64,000 nt of DNA from Narcine bancroftii. Lineage: Eukaryota. Positions 25,611-38,234 of this stretch are shown here, piece by piece (position 1 is the stretch's first letter; each line of letters opens with the position of its first letter). A program made the position numbers and the translations under genes. The notes beneath the pieces were generated by a model that ran no database searches, was not told where the DNA came from, and worked only from the letters and a program-made list of their open reading frames with translations. Where the stretch lies: the NCBI RefSeq assembly GCF_036971445.1, contig NC_091469.1:450988001-451052000 (forward strand), read 5' to 3'.

Positions 25611-26659
25611 CTCTTCCTGCTACCAGTGTCTACCCCCATCTCCTTGAGGGGAGAAGACATATGCATTTGAAAATGTGTCCTTTGAGATGCAAAGACAGCT
25701 TCTAAACTTCCTGTTTGTATGAGATGATGCCCTGCACTGATTAACTATTTATTTTCTCTTTAACACTACAACGTGCCGTTTTGTCCAAATAACTTTTGAT
25801 TTATTTTATCTCCAAGTTTTTTCTTTACTCTTGAACCAGCTGCTGTACCACGTAGAAGTTGACTTGCCTCTACAGCATGCAATACGGTTTTTCACTGTAT
25901 CTCAGAACACAGGACAGTAAGCAATTCAAATTCAATTTGTTTCAAAGTATGTCAAGGGTTACATGTTCCTGATATGCCTGAGAAATCAAGCTGTTAGGTA
26001 ATTATCTCTTGTAACTCCAAAATAGTGTCTCTCCATCATCTGCATCAGGTAAACACATCGGGTGAAGGGAATTGTGCATAGGACTATTTTATCCCCATGT
26101 TCTATGAAAATGTTGTTGAATCCTGTCTCTGAATAAATTTTCTATTTTCCTGTTTATCTCAGCTGTCATCATCCTTCATTTCAAATGTATTCATCCATTG
26201 TTTTCCATTACTAATCAGGGATTGCCAACACAGTCACAGCAATTTAAAACGCCGCAGCATATTCAAGTGTATATTCGTCTGTCGTGCTGAGGGATGCTGA
26301 AATTGAGCCATCTCGAGGTAAAAGGCCACTGTCTGCAGATTGAGAATGCAGCCAGTGTCTTTATAGAAAAGATGAAGTAAAGTTGACCCTTTGACACCTG
26401 GTATATGAAGGAAGTGTGTAGTGATTCCAGCATGACTTTCAACAAAACCTCATCTTACTCATGGAGGCTAAATACCAGATGTTAAACCTGATGATTAAAG
26501 CTTTCCATGTGGATAGGAAATAGAGATATAGATATCTTTATCTCTCTCACTCTCCACCTCTATCTCCCTCTGTTTGTCTGTCTCTCTTTGTTGCTCTGTC
26601 TGTCACTCTGTCGCTCACTCTGTCTGACTGCATGCATCTGTTGCTGGAGCTACCTCTCC

Positions 26660-27210
26660 CACATACCCTCAAAGCACTGAAGAGATGCCTCGGTTTCTTC
26701 CCATATTGCACTCAATGGATTCCCAACTAGATGGACAAGATTCGCCCATTGGTCAAAGCCACATTTCCCCTGCAGCAGAGGGACAAGCTGCATTTGACCG
26801 TATCAAAGATGACATCACCAAGGGAACCATATATGCCATGCCCTTCCAATTGGAGATTGATGCATCTGACTTTGCCCTTCAATTAATTGGGCAGACATGT
26901 TGCCATCTTCTCATGCACCCTCAAAGTCCCTGAAATTTGCCATTCCTCTGTCGAGAAGGATGCCCAGGACATCATGGAGGCAGAACGCCACTGGAGGCAC
27001 TACCTCACGGATCAGGGAGCAGTCGCATTTATGTTTAACAATAAGCGATAAGATTCTCAGGTGGAGAATTGAACAGTCCACTTACAATTATGACATCCTC
27101 TACCAGCCTGGCAAACTTAATAAGCCCCTGGATGCTCTATCCTGTGGGCCTGTGTCAGTGTTTAAATGGAAAGACTGCAGACTCTCCATAATAACCTTTG
27201 TCACTCTGTG
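26660..27210 (+). mobile_element. Ty3/Gypsy pol fragment (RT connection and RNase H)
   Basis: AFDRIKDDI, PFQLEIDASDFAL and KILRWRIEQSTYNYDILYQPGKLNKPLDALS. Confidence 0.85.
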
Positions 27211-27229
27211 ATAAATTCTGGTTTTCTCT

Positions 27230-27660
27230 GGTATCCAAGACTGAGAGGAAATCTTATAGAAATGTAAAGTAAGAGCCATTCATAGAGAAGATGATCAAAA
27301 ATTTTCCCCAGGGTAAAAAAAAAAATCACACACTAAGAGGACATCCATTTAAGGTGAAGGGAAAAAAAATATAGAATGTGGAATAGTACAGCATGGTCCA
27401 GCCCTTTTGGCCTATGATGTTATGCCAACTAAGATAAATCTAATCCACATTTAAAGGAGATATGTGGGGCAAATATTTTTAATAGAGTATGGAAAGGAGA
27501 TGCCAGGAGTTGTGGTGGAAGCAGATAGGCTCACCAATATGCAGGGAATATAGGGAAATGTACCATAAAGGCAGAGTATCACTTTAACTTTGGCATCATT
27601 ATTGCTGATATGTGGCTGAAGGGCCTATTCCTGCTTTGTACTGGTCTATGTTCTATGCAC
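27230..27660 (+). mobile_element. Old CR1 3' end
   Basis: gagaggaaatcttatagaaatgta...ggctgaagggcctattcctgctttgtactggtctatgttctatg. Confidence 0.65.
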
Positions 27661-28280
27661 CTCTAGGCCCAACAAGGCTTCCTGTTAATCTTCCACCCCT
27701 TCCCATGATCTCACCCACGATTCCAGTCTGCTCCCTTGTCCATCATCAGGTTTCTCTTGCGCAACCTCAGCCCCTGAGCTTGAAAGTATTATTCCTATCT
27801 GTCAGTCACTTTAGTTAAGAAAGCTTGGCATTAAAATTTGCAAGCCTTGGAAATATAGATTTTCCAATTTTCTAATAGCCCACCAACCTATGAAACCCAA
27901 CTTCAGGCTAACACTCTGCTCTGGTACAGTCTGATTCCATGCATTTACTTGATTTTCAGTTGTTACTTTGGATTACCATCATTTGTCCTGTGAGGTTCCA
28001 AATCAAAAATATCAAGTTGGGTCCTTGAACATAACCAATTTATTCCAATATCAAATCCAAACGTTGCCAACAATTTATTTGCCATTGATTTTCTATCCTT
28101 ATAAAATTGATCAGCTGAAATGAAAAAAATAATAAATAGAAACTAATGTATGGGTGGCCTGGGTTTGTCATTACAGTGGATTTAATGGGTTCAAATTAAT
28201 CTGTAATTCAATGTCACTCAAATACATCAGTCTCTATACTTGGCTGCTAAATTTTAGACACCTCCAATCTATACTCCTAT

Positions 28281-29215
28281 TCTGTTATTTTTATGATCTA
28301 GAATCAATTGGGCATTGTCATTTGATACCTGGAATATAATGGGGATGGGGAGGGGGTGAGGGAGAAGGGGTGGACGGAGGGAAGGGAAAACTCTAAAATG
28401 TCACAATTAAGTATGTCTGTTATTTTTATGATCTAGAATCAATTGGGCATTGTCATTTGATACCTGGAATACAATGGGGAAGGGGAGGGGGTGAGGGAGA
28501 AGGGGTGGACGGAGGGAGGGGAAAACTCTAAAATGTCACAATTAAGTATGTCTGTTATTTTTATGATCTAGAATCAATTGGGCATTGTCATTTGATACCT
28601 GGAATATAATGGGGAAGGGGAGGGGGTGAGGGAGAAGGGGTGGACGGAGGGAGGGGAAATCTCTAAAATGTCACAATTAAGTATGTCTGTTATTTTTATG
28701 ATCTAGAATCAATTGGGCATTGTCATTTGATACCTGGAATATAATGGGGAAGGGGAGGGGGTGAGGGAGAAGGGGTGGACGGAGGGAGGGGAAAACTCTA
28801 AAATGTCACAATTAAGTATGTCTGTTATTTTTATGATCTAGAATCAATTGGGCATTGTCATTTGATACCTGGAATATAATGGGGAAGGGGAGGGGGTGAG
28901 GGAGAAGGGGTGGACGGAGGGAGGGGAAATCTCTAAAATGTCACAATTAAGTATGTCTGTTATTTTTATGATCTAGAATCAATTGGGCATTGTCATTTGA
29001 TACCTGGAATATAATGGGGAAGGGGAGGGGGTGAGGGAGAAGGGGTGGACGGAGGGAGGGGAAAACTCTAAAATGTCACAATTAAGTATGTCTGTTATTT
29101 TTATGATCTAGAATCAATTGGGCATTGTAATTTGATACCTGGAATATAATGGGGAAGGGGAGGGGGTAGGGGTGAGGGACATGAGGTGGACGGTGGGAGG
29201 GGAATGTCACAATTT
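28281..29215 (+). repeat. 135-bp tandem repeat, about 6.9 copies, with a G-tract core
   Basis: Unit starts (tctgttattt) at 28281, 28416, 28551, 28686, 28821, 28956 and 29091. Inner copies are near-identical. Confidence 0.98.
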
Positions 29216-29769
29216 AACCTTTAGCCTCTGCAGATGATGTTTTCTGCTTTATGATGCCCTGTTGATTTAATCACAGAGACAGAATGTCACTAACATAGCA
29301 ACAGGTGGAATGGAGACTTCTGAGACATTACACAATGACGTACTGAAATCCCATGAGAGCTATGAACACTGTTAGGAGAAAACAGGTATTTCCAGGAGCA
29401 GGCCAGTTTGGGGGTTTTGGTCCAGGGAAGGCCTTGCAAAAATATTGAAGCAGGGAAATAATAACCAACTAACCCTAAATTACAAATCATCTACCCAAGT
29501 CATTTGGGTTCTCGCAAAATATGTGACAAATCTCAAGCTCTAAAATACCAATCAAACAATAATGAGAGTCAGAAAAACAAATGTCTGAAACCCAAAGTAT
29601 AAGGGAATGCTTGCAATGAAAGAGCAGGGCCTCGGCCTCCACCTTTCTATAATGTGAATGCAGCCTAGTAATTAAAAAAAGGGATATAATTTAATTTTTA
29701 CGTGAGGTTACTGAGCCAGGAGGGACATGTCTCCTGGAGGTCCCTTTCAGAGACAGAAGGATACAGGGA

Positions 29770-29895
29770 AGTGCAGGGAAAATAACCTAATAAAACTGCA
29801 GATAAATGTTTTTTTAAAAATACTCAACAGGTCAGGCAGCATCCGTGGAAAGAGAAATTGTGTTTCGGTTCCAATAATCTTCATCAGAACTGGGA
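29770..29895 (-). mobile_element. Penelope-type terminus with hammerhead core
   Basis: Reverse complement cagttCTGATGAagattattggaaccGAAAcac. Confidence 0.55.
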
Positions 29896-30149
29896 AAGAG
29901 TGTAGGCCAGTTGACCATCTGGCCTGAATGTCCTGTTTCAGACTTTGAGTTTCATGCAGTTTAAAATTGTAAATAAATTCTTATCGAATTTATCGAATCA
30001 GTGACCTTCAAGACTTAAAATAGCCTTGAAGTGGTGTAATCTTTACAGCAGAGAAACAAGTTATTTAGTGCATCAATTCAGTGCTTGTTTTCCTGTCTGT
30101 GTTCTATCTGACCCACCTTCCCCCCCCCCCACCCCCCAAATGTGCCCAA

Positions 30150-30440
30150 GCTCCTCCTTACTATAGTTTGGCTGTGAGCTCCTCAATATCAGTAGAAAAC
30201 GTCACAACATTATTATTTCAAATTGCAGTCCAGAAGTATAAATTTCAGAATGTTGCCCGTTAAAGGTGCCATTCTTAAAATTGAAGTCTCTTATATGGTC
30301 AAAAATGTTTCTATGACCCCACAAGGATCTCTGGTATTCTGCACAATCCTAATATTCATCTTCTAACCAACCAACAAAAAGCATATTGTAGGGTGGTTAT
30401 CTCACTACTGTTTCTGGGACTTTACTAGGTGCAAGTTGAC
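30150..30440 (+). mobile_element. Possible ancient DeuSINE-like relic
   Basis: aatattcatcttctaaccaacc...ggttatctcactactgtttctgggac resembles the Deu domain, very decayed. Confidence 0.35.
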
Positions 30441-30442
30441 TA

Positions 30443-30639
30443 CAGTAAAAGTCCTAAAATCGAGACTTCTCGGGGATTGGGTTGATCCGGATTTTCCAGA
30501 TTTTTGGGCAGTATATCAGTGGCACTTATGCAATGCACATACGTATACAATGCATGCACACAAAAGCTGAGAGGTTTTGAAAAGTCTAGATTCTCGGGTG
30601 ATCTGGATTTCTGGCATCTGGGTTTTCAGAGTTTTACTG
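30443..30639. mobile_element. TcMar/pogo-type MITE
   Basis: TA|CAGTAAAA...TTTTACTG|T, the same terminus as 55833-56044. Confidence 0.65.
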
Positions 30640-30789
30640 TTCTGTATTCAGGAATATTGCGATTGTGTGAATATTTTGCATGTACTCCATAAAAAAAAAC
30701 ATGGGAGGGGATTTGACTGATATGAGGTGAGGACTGTTAGATGGTGATTGGAGGATCAGACAATGTTTAATTGTTGGGTATGGAGATGA

Positions 30790-33700
30790 TCATGAACTTG
30801 ATTTTGTATCCCAAGATTTTACCATAATCCTCCAGTGCAGACTGTAACCTGGTCAATGACCCTACTGGATCTGTCAAATATATTAACACATCAGCAAATA
30901 AGTTGATTTTGTGCTCTTCCTGGCCCACTCTAAATCCCCTTAATGCCTGATCCTGGCAAATGGCCTCCGCTAATATTTCAATACCTAATTTGAATAGAGC
31001 CGCTCATTGGAAGATATTTGCCCATTGGAAACAATCTTGGCATTAGGTTTATGGTATAATGCCTTAACCCAATTTATGAATGATTGTCCAAACCTGAATT
31101 TTTCCAACACTTAAATCAAGAAATTCCATTCCAGTCTATCAAAAGCTTTTTCTTCATCTAGTGTCATAGTTATACTTGGGTCTGCCCTTGACTGTGCCAG
31201 ATGTTTTATATTAAGTAGCCTACTGTCTTTTCTGCATGAACTACACCTGATCTGGATTTATTAACTTTGGCAAACACCGAGCTGATTTGTTTGCTAGAGC
31301 CTTGGCTATTATTTCAAAATTCATGTTCAGAAGTGAGATTGGTCTATAGGAAGACAGCTTTAGTGGGTCCTTATCCTTTTTGGGAATTACTGTAATTATT
31401 GGCATTGAAAAGGTTTCCAGAAGAGTATGGCTCTTGGCTGCCTGTTCCATGATGTCCTTAAATTCTGGGGGGAACCTATGCTTTACTGGAGACTGTAGCA
31501 AGCTCAATACTTTTTTACTATTTCTTCCATGGAGAAGGGAGTACCTAATCCTTCCTGCTTCTTGGGCTCTAAATTTAATCATTCCAAATGAGACAGAAAT
31601 TCCTCCATTTTATCGAAATCACCTGTTGATCAGATTTATATAATTGCATATAGCACTGCCTAAATGCTTCATTTATTTCTTTCAATTTATAAGAGATTCT
31701 GTCTGCCTCTTTTTGAATTGCATTAATTGTCCTCATGGTTTCCTCCACCCTGAACTGCCAAGACAGTACCTTATGGGCTCTTTCCCCCAGCTCGCAGTAC
31801 CTTCGATTGGATCTTTTTCCATCATCTATGTTTGTATAGTGTTATACTTGAGGTTTTTACTTATTCATGTTCTGTATTCTTCCTCTGTGTCTGATTTTTG
31901 TTAATCCTTTTCCAATTGAGTTATCTCTTGTTCCAGTACATTGACCTCCCTCATATACTCTTTTTTAATGCCTTTAGTGAATCCAATTATTTGTCCTCTC
32001 AGACAAGCTTTTAATGTATTCTATAACAGATATTTGTTGACAGTAGAGGTACAATTTGTTTCGCAACATATTTGTATTTGAGCTCTAATAAAACTACAAA
32101 ATTCCATATCAATAGACTAAGGTGCCACATGTACACCATGGCTTGTTTGTCTGGCACATCAATGGTTAAAGTCAAAGGTTAGTGATCTGATTATAGCCTT
32201 GCTGTGTACTCTGTTTCTATAATTCTGCCCTCAAGTTGGGATAAGGCTAGAAACAAGTCAATCCTGGTGTAAGCATCACATTGTTTTGAGTAGAAGGAGT
32301 AATCCCTCTCCCTTGGATGCCATTATCTCTAAGCGTCCACAGATTTAACTCTTTCATGAGAGCTAGAATTGTTTTTGCTGCCCTGGCTCTTGTTGCTTTT
32401 TTCACAGATTTATCCAATGCCAGATCCAGGCAAAAATTAAAATTCTTTCCAATTAAGATATTTTCACGCCCTTCTGCCAAGTGTTAAAAGACATTTTGGA
32501 TAAATTTTTCATCATCAAATTTGGGGGCATATATTTTCATTAGTGTTCAGGGATCCGAATATATTTGACAGTGTACCATTATGAATCTTCCTGCTGGGTC
32601 TATGACCATATCTTCCACCTTTATTGGAACATTTTTTCCTATTAAAATGGCTACTCCCCTAGCCTTAGAGTTAAAGGAGGACACTATCACATGTCCCACC
32701 AAACCGCTTTTTAATTTTTGCTGCTCGTTACTTGTAAGATGGGTCTCTTGTAAAAAGGCCACATCCACCTGCATTTTTTTAAAACATGTGCCAAGACACT
32801 CTTCCTCCTCCTCCCATTTAAGCCATTGACATTGAAGCTCTTGCCAGTGTCCTGGCAATCTTTCTCCATGTTCCCTCCCTTTTTCTCTCTCTCAAAACAT
32901 TTGCCCATCACCCAGTCCATGATGTTCGTCCTTTTAGCACTGTCGATCAAATTAAAAATAAATTCTGCAGAAGGTAAAAAAAAGCAAACAAATAATATTA
33001 TCTTTACATCTTTTCCCCAACAATTCATAAAAAGGCAAAAAATACCCCCAAATAGCCCTCCCGGTACTAACTCACAAAACCTTGGCACTATCTCCCTCTG
33101 AATCCTGGAACATGCTACCCATTTCACAGCCTCCCTAACTGCTCTCAACATTCTTATCTAGTTTTTATATTAATGACCAGCAAAGTACAATAATCATGTT
33201 TTTTGTTATATCTACAGTATTTACAACCAGATCCTGGCTTCCTTCAGGGATTGTCTTGGAGGCTGCCTCTCCTGGTCATTGCCTCGCTGACCTCTTTTAA
33301 AAAAAATTACATCCCTCCCCCCACCCCCCCCCCCCCCCTCCCCAACCCTACTCCCAGGCAACATCACTTTCAGGGACACCAGATGGAGCAATGTAAAATT
33401 AATTCTCTTTTGCTTTAGGAGTTACTTGACCAAGTCAAATTCTTTGTGCCTTTGAGGTAGCATTGTTCTGATTTTCATGTAAAAAATAATTTTATCGCCT
33501 TCAAACTCCACCAGACCTCGTCTTTCCCTTGCACCCACAGCTGCCGCTTAAAGAATCCACACCCTATCTTTATACCTCAGGAGTCTAATCAGGACAGAGT
33601 GAGGTCTCTAACCCGGACCTGGTTGTGGAAAGAGGGATCAGTGGGCCCTTCTATTTGGAGGCCCCCCACTTTTTCTTTCCCTGAAGAAAGCCACTAGATC

Positions 33701-34840
33701 CTTTCCCTCAACTTCCTCTTTAACCCCTACCATCTTTACATTATTACTGCAACTAATATTTTCCAGCCTGTCCAACATTTCCCACATCTCTTTTCTTTCT
33801 TTTACCCAGGCACCTCTATCATTTTCTATTCTCCCTACCTTATTTTCTACCTCCTTGACCCTCTCCTCCACTTCAGCTACCCTCCCAGACAAATCCCCAA
33901 TAACCCTCCCTATCACTGCCATCCCCATTGACAGTTCTTTTAATATTTTTTTAAATTCTGTTTTCTGAGTCCTCCATCCAGTCTCTTATGGAAGGCTCTG
34001 CGCCCTTGCTCTTCCCACATCTTCTTTCTCCTGCCTGCCTGAAAAGTCAGGCCTCTGTGCCTTTCCACTTCCTGCTCGCCATCTGTGCCATTCCCCGACC
34101 TCTGACATGAAGTCTGACTCACCCCGCGCTACCCTGCTCCCACCACCCATAGGCTCAACCTGCTCTGCTGGTGGCGTTTCTCCCATGCCTCTGTCTGCAC
34201 TGCTCCTTGAAGCCTTCAACAAGCAACCGGGCTCACCTTTCCTGCTGACGTGCCGTCCCTGCTGCTTGAAGGTCTCCCGCAATGCAGGCAGCATTGCTCT
34301 CATGGCGCTGCCTGTACTTTTCACCCAGCCCTCCAATGCGGGACTGGAATTGCCTACACCCTTGCCAGTGCTTTGCTCTCACTGCTCACAGGCCTCCTCC
34401 ATTGCAGGCAGTGTCACTCTTCCGGTACTGCCTGTATTTTATCCCCAGCCCTCCGATGTGGGGCAGAGATTGCTAGTGCCTCTGCTGGCACTCTGCTTCT
34501 GCCACTCGTGGGGCTCTCCTCGCAATGCAGGCAGTGTCTGCCTGTATACTTCTCTGGACCTACCAATGGGCAGGCCCCACCACCAGCAATATTTCCATCC
34601 CTCACTGATCTTGGTGAGACACCTTTCCTGGAGGCTGCCTCTCCTGGTCATTGCGGGACATCGGGGCCACCAAGGTAGATTTTCATTCTTTCCTCCCCAT
34701 TTCTTTCTCACCTATTGCCCTTTCTGTTTGTTTTTGTCAGTTTCTTAGCTTTCCTGACTGTATTTATCTGCTTTTACTGCTACTTTTTCTGGAGCTCTGG
34801 TTTTTATGTCTACTCTCTCCTCTGCATCACGTGACTCCTT
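30790..34840 (-). mobile_element. L1-clade LINE: 5'UTR, ORF1, APE endonuclease and RT to just past FADD; 3' end missing
   Basis: ORF1 ENISCSNNVKMVGVKE. ORF2 FNVNGLN, DVAFLQETHL, SFNSKARGVAILI, YRPISLLN and EKAFDRLEW. Many stops and frameshifts. Confidence 0.9.
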
Positions 34841-34899
34841 CGCAAGTACTTTTCAACTCCCCCGGATTCTACCACTTGCATACACTTTGGGGATAATAT

Positions 34900-35105
34900 A
34901 GTGGCCAATTCACCTACTGACTATGCTATAATGGTATTTACCTTGCAGAATCGTGGATAGAATTAGCAGGTCTTAGGAATTTAGGCAGAACCCACATTTC
35001 ATTGTGATAACATGAAAACTCTACACAGCCAACACTGGAAGTCAGGACTGAACACAAGTCACTGGAATTGTCTGGCAGTAGTTCTACCAGCTGCACTGCT
35101 CTGCT
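34900..35105 (-). mobile_element. Degenerate V-SINE
   Basis: Reverse complement gcagtgcagctggtagaactactgcc...ctgtgtagagtttt. Confidence 0.5.
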
Positions 35106-37659
35106 ACCCTCACCCCTCCTCACTTGGTTTCCGCTGCTGGTTTTCATGAGACCTCCAGCCAACTGTGGTTTTAAAAAAAACTACGAAATCAAGGCAAGCC
35201 TCATTATAACATGAGAAGACCAAATTGCGTCATGACTGGCTGCTTGAATGTTATTCCAACTCTGACAAAGTTCGGTTGGTTTACATGGAGCACCTTATAA
35301 CATTGTTACATTTTAATCGCTCCTATCAACTAAATGATCCCCTTTGAAAATAAGATATGGCCCATTGTATTGGTAAATGCACAGAATATTTCTAACAGCT
35401 TCCAAATTGTCATAACATTCATTTATGCAAAATTGAGTGATTACATGTAAAGACATTTCCTGATGGATCCATTAGGGAGTGTTTGTGATAATTATTTTAA
35501 TTATCATGAAGTGTTGAAAATATTCTTCATTATGAAACTGCAGTGTGCAGCACCAACCATCGCAGCAAAACACTCTAAAAATAGATATTTACAGAACAGT
35601 TCCATTGCGTTGTTTTCTGCAATTTTTCCAGTTGAAGGCCAGGGCTAATGCATGTAGCTAAAACAAATTTTACTCTTGTCTAAGGACTTGTTTTAAATGT
35701 CCTAAAACCAAACATTGTCATGAAAGAAAAACATTTTCTTTGTGTACACGATCAACTGCTCTGTTCTCCAGCCCAAAGGCCAAGTGGTGTATTCTTTAGA
35801 GACGATACCATGGGCTATTGCCTCTCCCTTTGGCAAATGTCTGCTTCATATGAAATTCCATTTCTCAGAATCAAGCCTTTTAAAACACAGTATCTTACGA
35901 TGCCGATAGAATTGTTGACCCTTAGCTGCTTGTTAATAGTTCAATTAGATCAATTATAATATATCCCATTCAATAGTGTTTTGAACAAATGTTTGGGGTA
36001 GACTGCTTGCTTACAGCAACACCAAATTGGGAAGTTTACTGATTAACTTAACTGGGAAAGAAAGGAGATTGTGACAGGTTATCTTGGGAGAGAGAGACAC
36101 ACACACAGAGTAAATAAATGTCAGTTTCCTCAGAATGGCCAACACACAAATACTGCTGAAAATCAGGAACAATGAAAGATGTGCTGGTGAAAGAGTGCCA
36201 AGTGTATTCCATTAAAAACAGCTAAACTAGTCTTCTGCCTCCAACAACATTATTGAGGAATGTTGAAACATGGTCCAGTGCACCTTACGAATTATTTATT
36301 TTGAGCAAGTCAAGTTTGCCTATGCCCTTCACAGGGTGTTTTTTTTCTCATTATTTTGATAAACCTTGTTATCCTTAGCAAAGTGGTGAGAGAATGAACT
36401 TAGTTTTCTTTTGGGTCCATAGCAATTAGCTCCAAAGTAAATGATGCAGATGTTCTGCACATCAACATGCTTCTCCTTCAGTACTATTCTTTAATTTCCC
36501 ATGTAAGCCAAATAGACAGTTTGGCAGAGATGTAAGCAGGCTTTGTCTGGTAATGTCATAACCAGCAAGTATTACCTATATACTTCATCAAGGAAGAAAT
36601 ACATTCCTTCAGTAATAGCATAACATGCATTGATTGCATATCTCAGAATTACATCTTTAAGTGTATGGGGGGGAGGGGGGGATTTTCAACTTGATATAAT
36701 CTTTTATTCTTCCTAATTCTTTTTGCAAGAACATGGAATGATATTCTCAAATTTCTTTTTTGATCCATAAAACCATGAAATTGTTTGCTAAATGGACACT
36801 GTGTATCAATTTGCATTGGCCACGGTGGAATTATGCGTACTGAGACGATTTCTCTGCGATCACTGCACACTGCTTTACATAGAGTTACCTGATTTCCAAT
36901 GAGGTGAGTGACGATTATTTGTTTTCAGCACATGTTCGGGGAAGAAAGCAATCAAAAATATTGAAAAATGGTTAATCTTCATGGCTTGGTAGCAGAGACA
37001 GTAATGAGGCCATACCTCAAGAGAAACACGTCGACACACAACCTATCTTTTGAAGCATTTGATGTGGAAATAGAAGTACAAGGATGATTAAGGAGAGAAG
37101 CTTTCATAATGAGGGTGTGACAGTATCAGGAACACAGGCCTTTTATGTCAGTGAGGATATCTGTGTAAGATGTAGTGTTTTCAAGTTCATTGTCACATGT
37201 ATCAAGATGCAGTGACAGGTTGTTTTGTGAGCATAACACTAGACGTCACATACATAAGACACAATATTAAAAAAATTGTCCTTGAATCTGGTAGTGTGTG
37301 ATCTCCTGCATCTATTTTGTAAAGTAAATCAAATGAATTATTTTCTGCAGTCAATGGGTTGATATCTGGTCCAAAAGAAGTATTACCAAAAGTACAAGGA
37401 AGATCAATGGCATTTCAATTAACTGTAAATGGCCATCAAATGGATCATTAGGATATGGAAACTTTACTAGAGATAATGGTAGAAATGCAGTTCAAAAGAA
37501 TATTTGAAAAGAAGTGGATACACATTTGAAAAAGCCACGCAGGAGCTCAATAAAGTCATCTTAGTATAGGAAATCTAATAGTGAAATTGCATCTTATCTA
37601 ATTACAGCTGATGGTGAAGAGTGAAGAAGGCAATGAGTCTAGATTAATGATAACTAGGC

Positions 37660-38225
37660 GGCTGCCTTGCAGATCACTTGTTCTCTGTCATCGTTCACCA
37701 GATGGAGCTCCTGGTTGTCAGCCATTCCCCCAATGACTGTTGGTCCTCAACCCCCTCCATTGCCAGGGGGAGGTCAAATCTGAATTTATAGAACTGCATC
37801 TCATATTCTTCCTGGGTAGTTTACAACCTAGCACATAAACATTGGATTATCCAGTTTCAGTTAACTCATTCCCCTCAGTCCTTTTTTCTCCTTCTCATCC
37901 ACCTAGTTTCTCTATGTTCCTCTCATCTTTCTGACCCCATCTAGTGCCCTGCCACCCAGTTCCTTTCCCCTTCCCCACCTATTCACCATTCAAACTCTCA
38001 TCCTACCAAATTCCTTCTTCCACTGTCACATGCCTACCATCTCTTTGTTATCTGTTCTTACCAATCTCCTTCCTTCGGCAGCTGTCTCCATTGTCCCCAT
38101 TCCTGGCTCCATCTGTCCCACCTCTTCCATTTTCCTTTGCCTGCTTCCAACTATCAATGTCTCCCAAGCCCATTCCAGCTGGCACCATCAGATGTCCATT
38201 GTCTATCACTCCTATTTGGTCTACC
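37660..38225 (+). mobile_element. Old Penelope 3' fragment
   Basis: ELHLIFFLGSLQP GIY-YIG C-terminal motif followed by a pyrimidine-rich UTR. Confidence 0.6.
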
Positions 38226-38234
38226 AATCACTGA

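Noticed and set aside
27850-28280. Possible decayed L1 ORF2 piece (GGLGL, LYLAA-like) upstream of the tandem array
   Set aside because: Motifs are too short and degenerate to call without an alignment.
28281-29215. Regular repeat array as a possible CRISPR
   Set aside because: Units are wholly repeated with no unique spacers, there are no cas genes, and the context is a vertebrate intron.
34107-34748. 213-aa plus-strand ORF and overlapping ORFs
   Set aside because: Antisense to the GC-rich, repetitive L1 5' region, with no recognisable domain.
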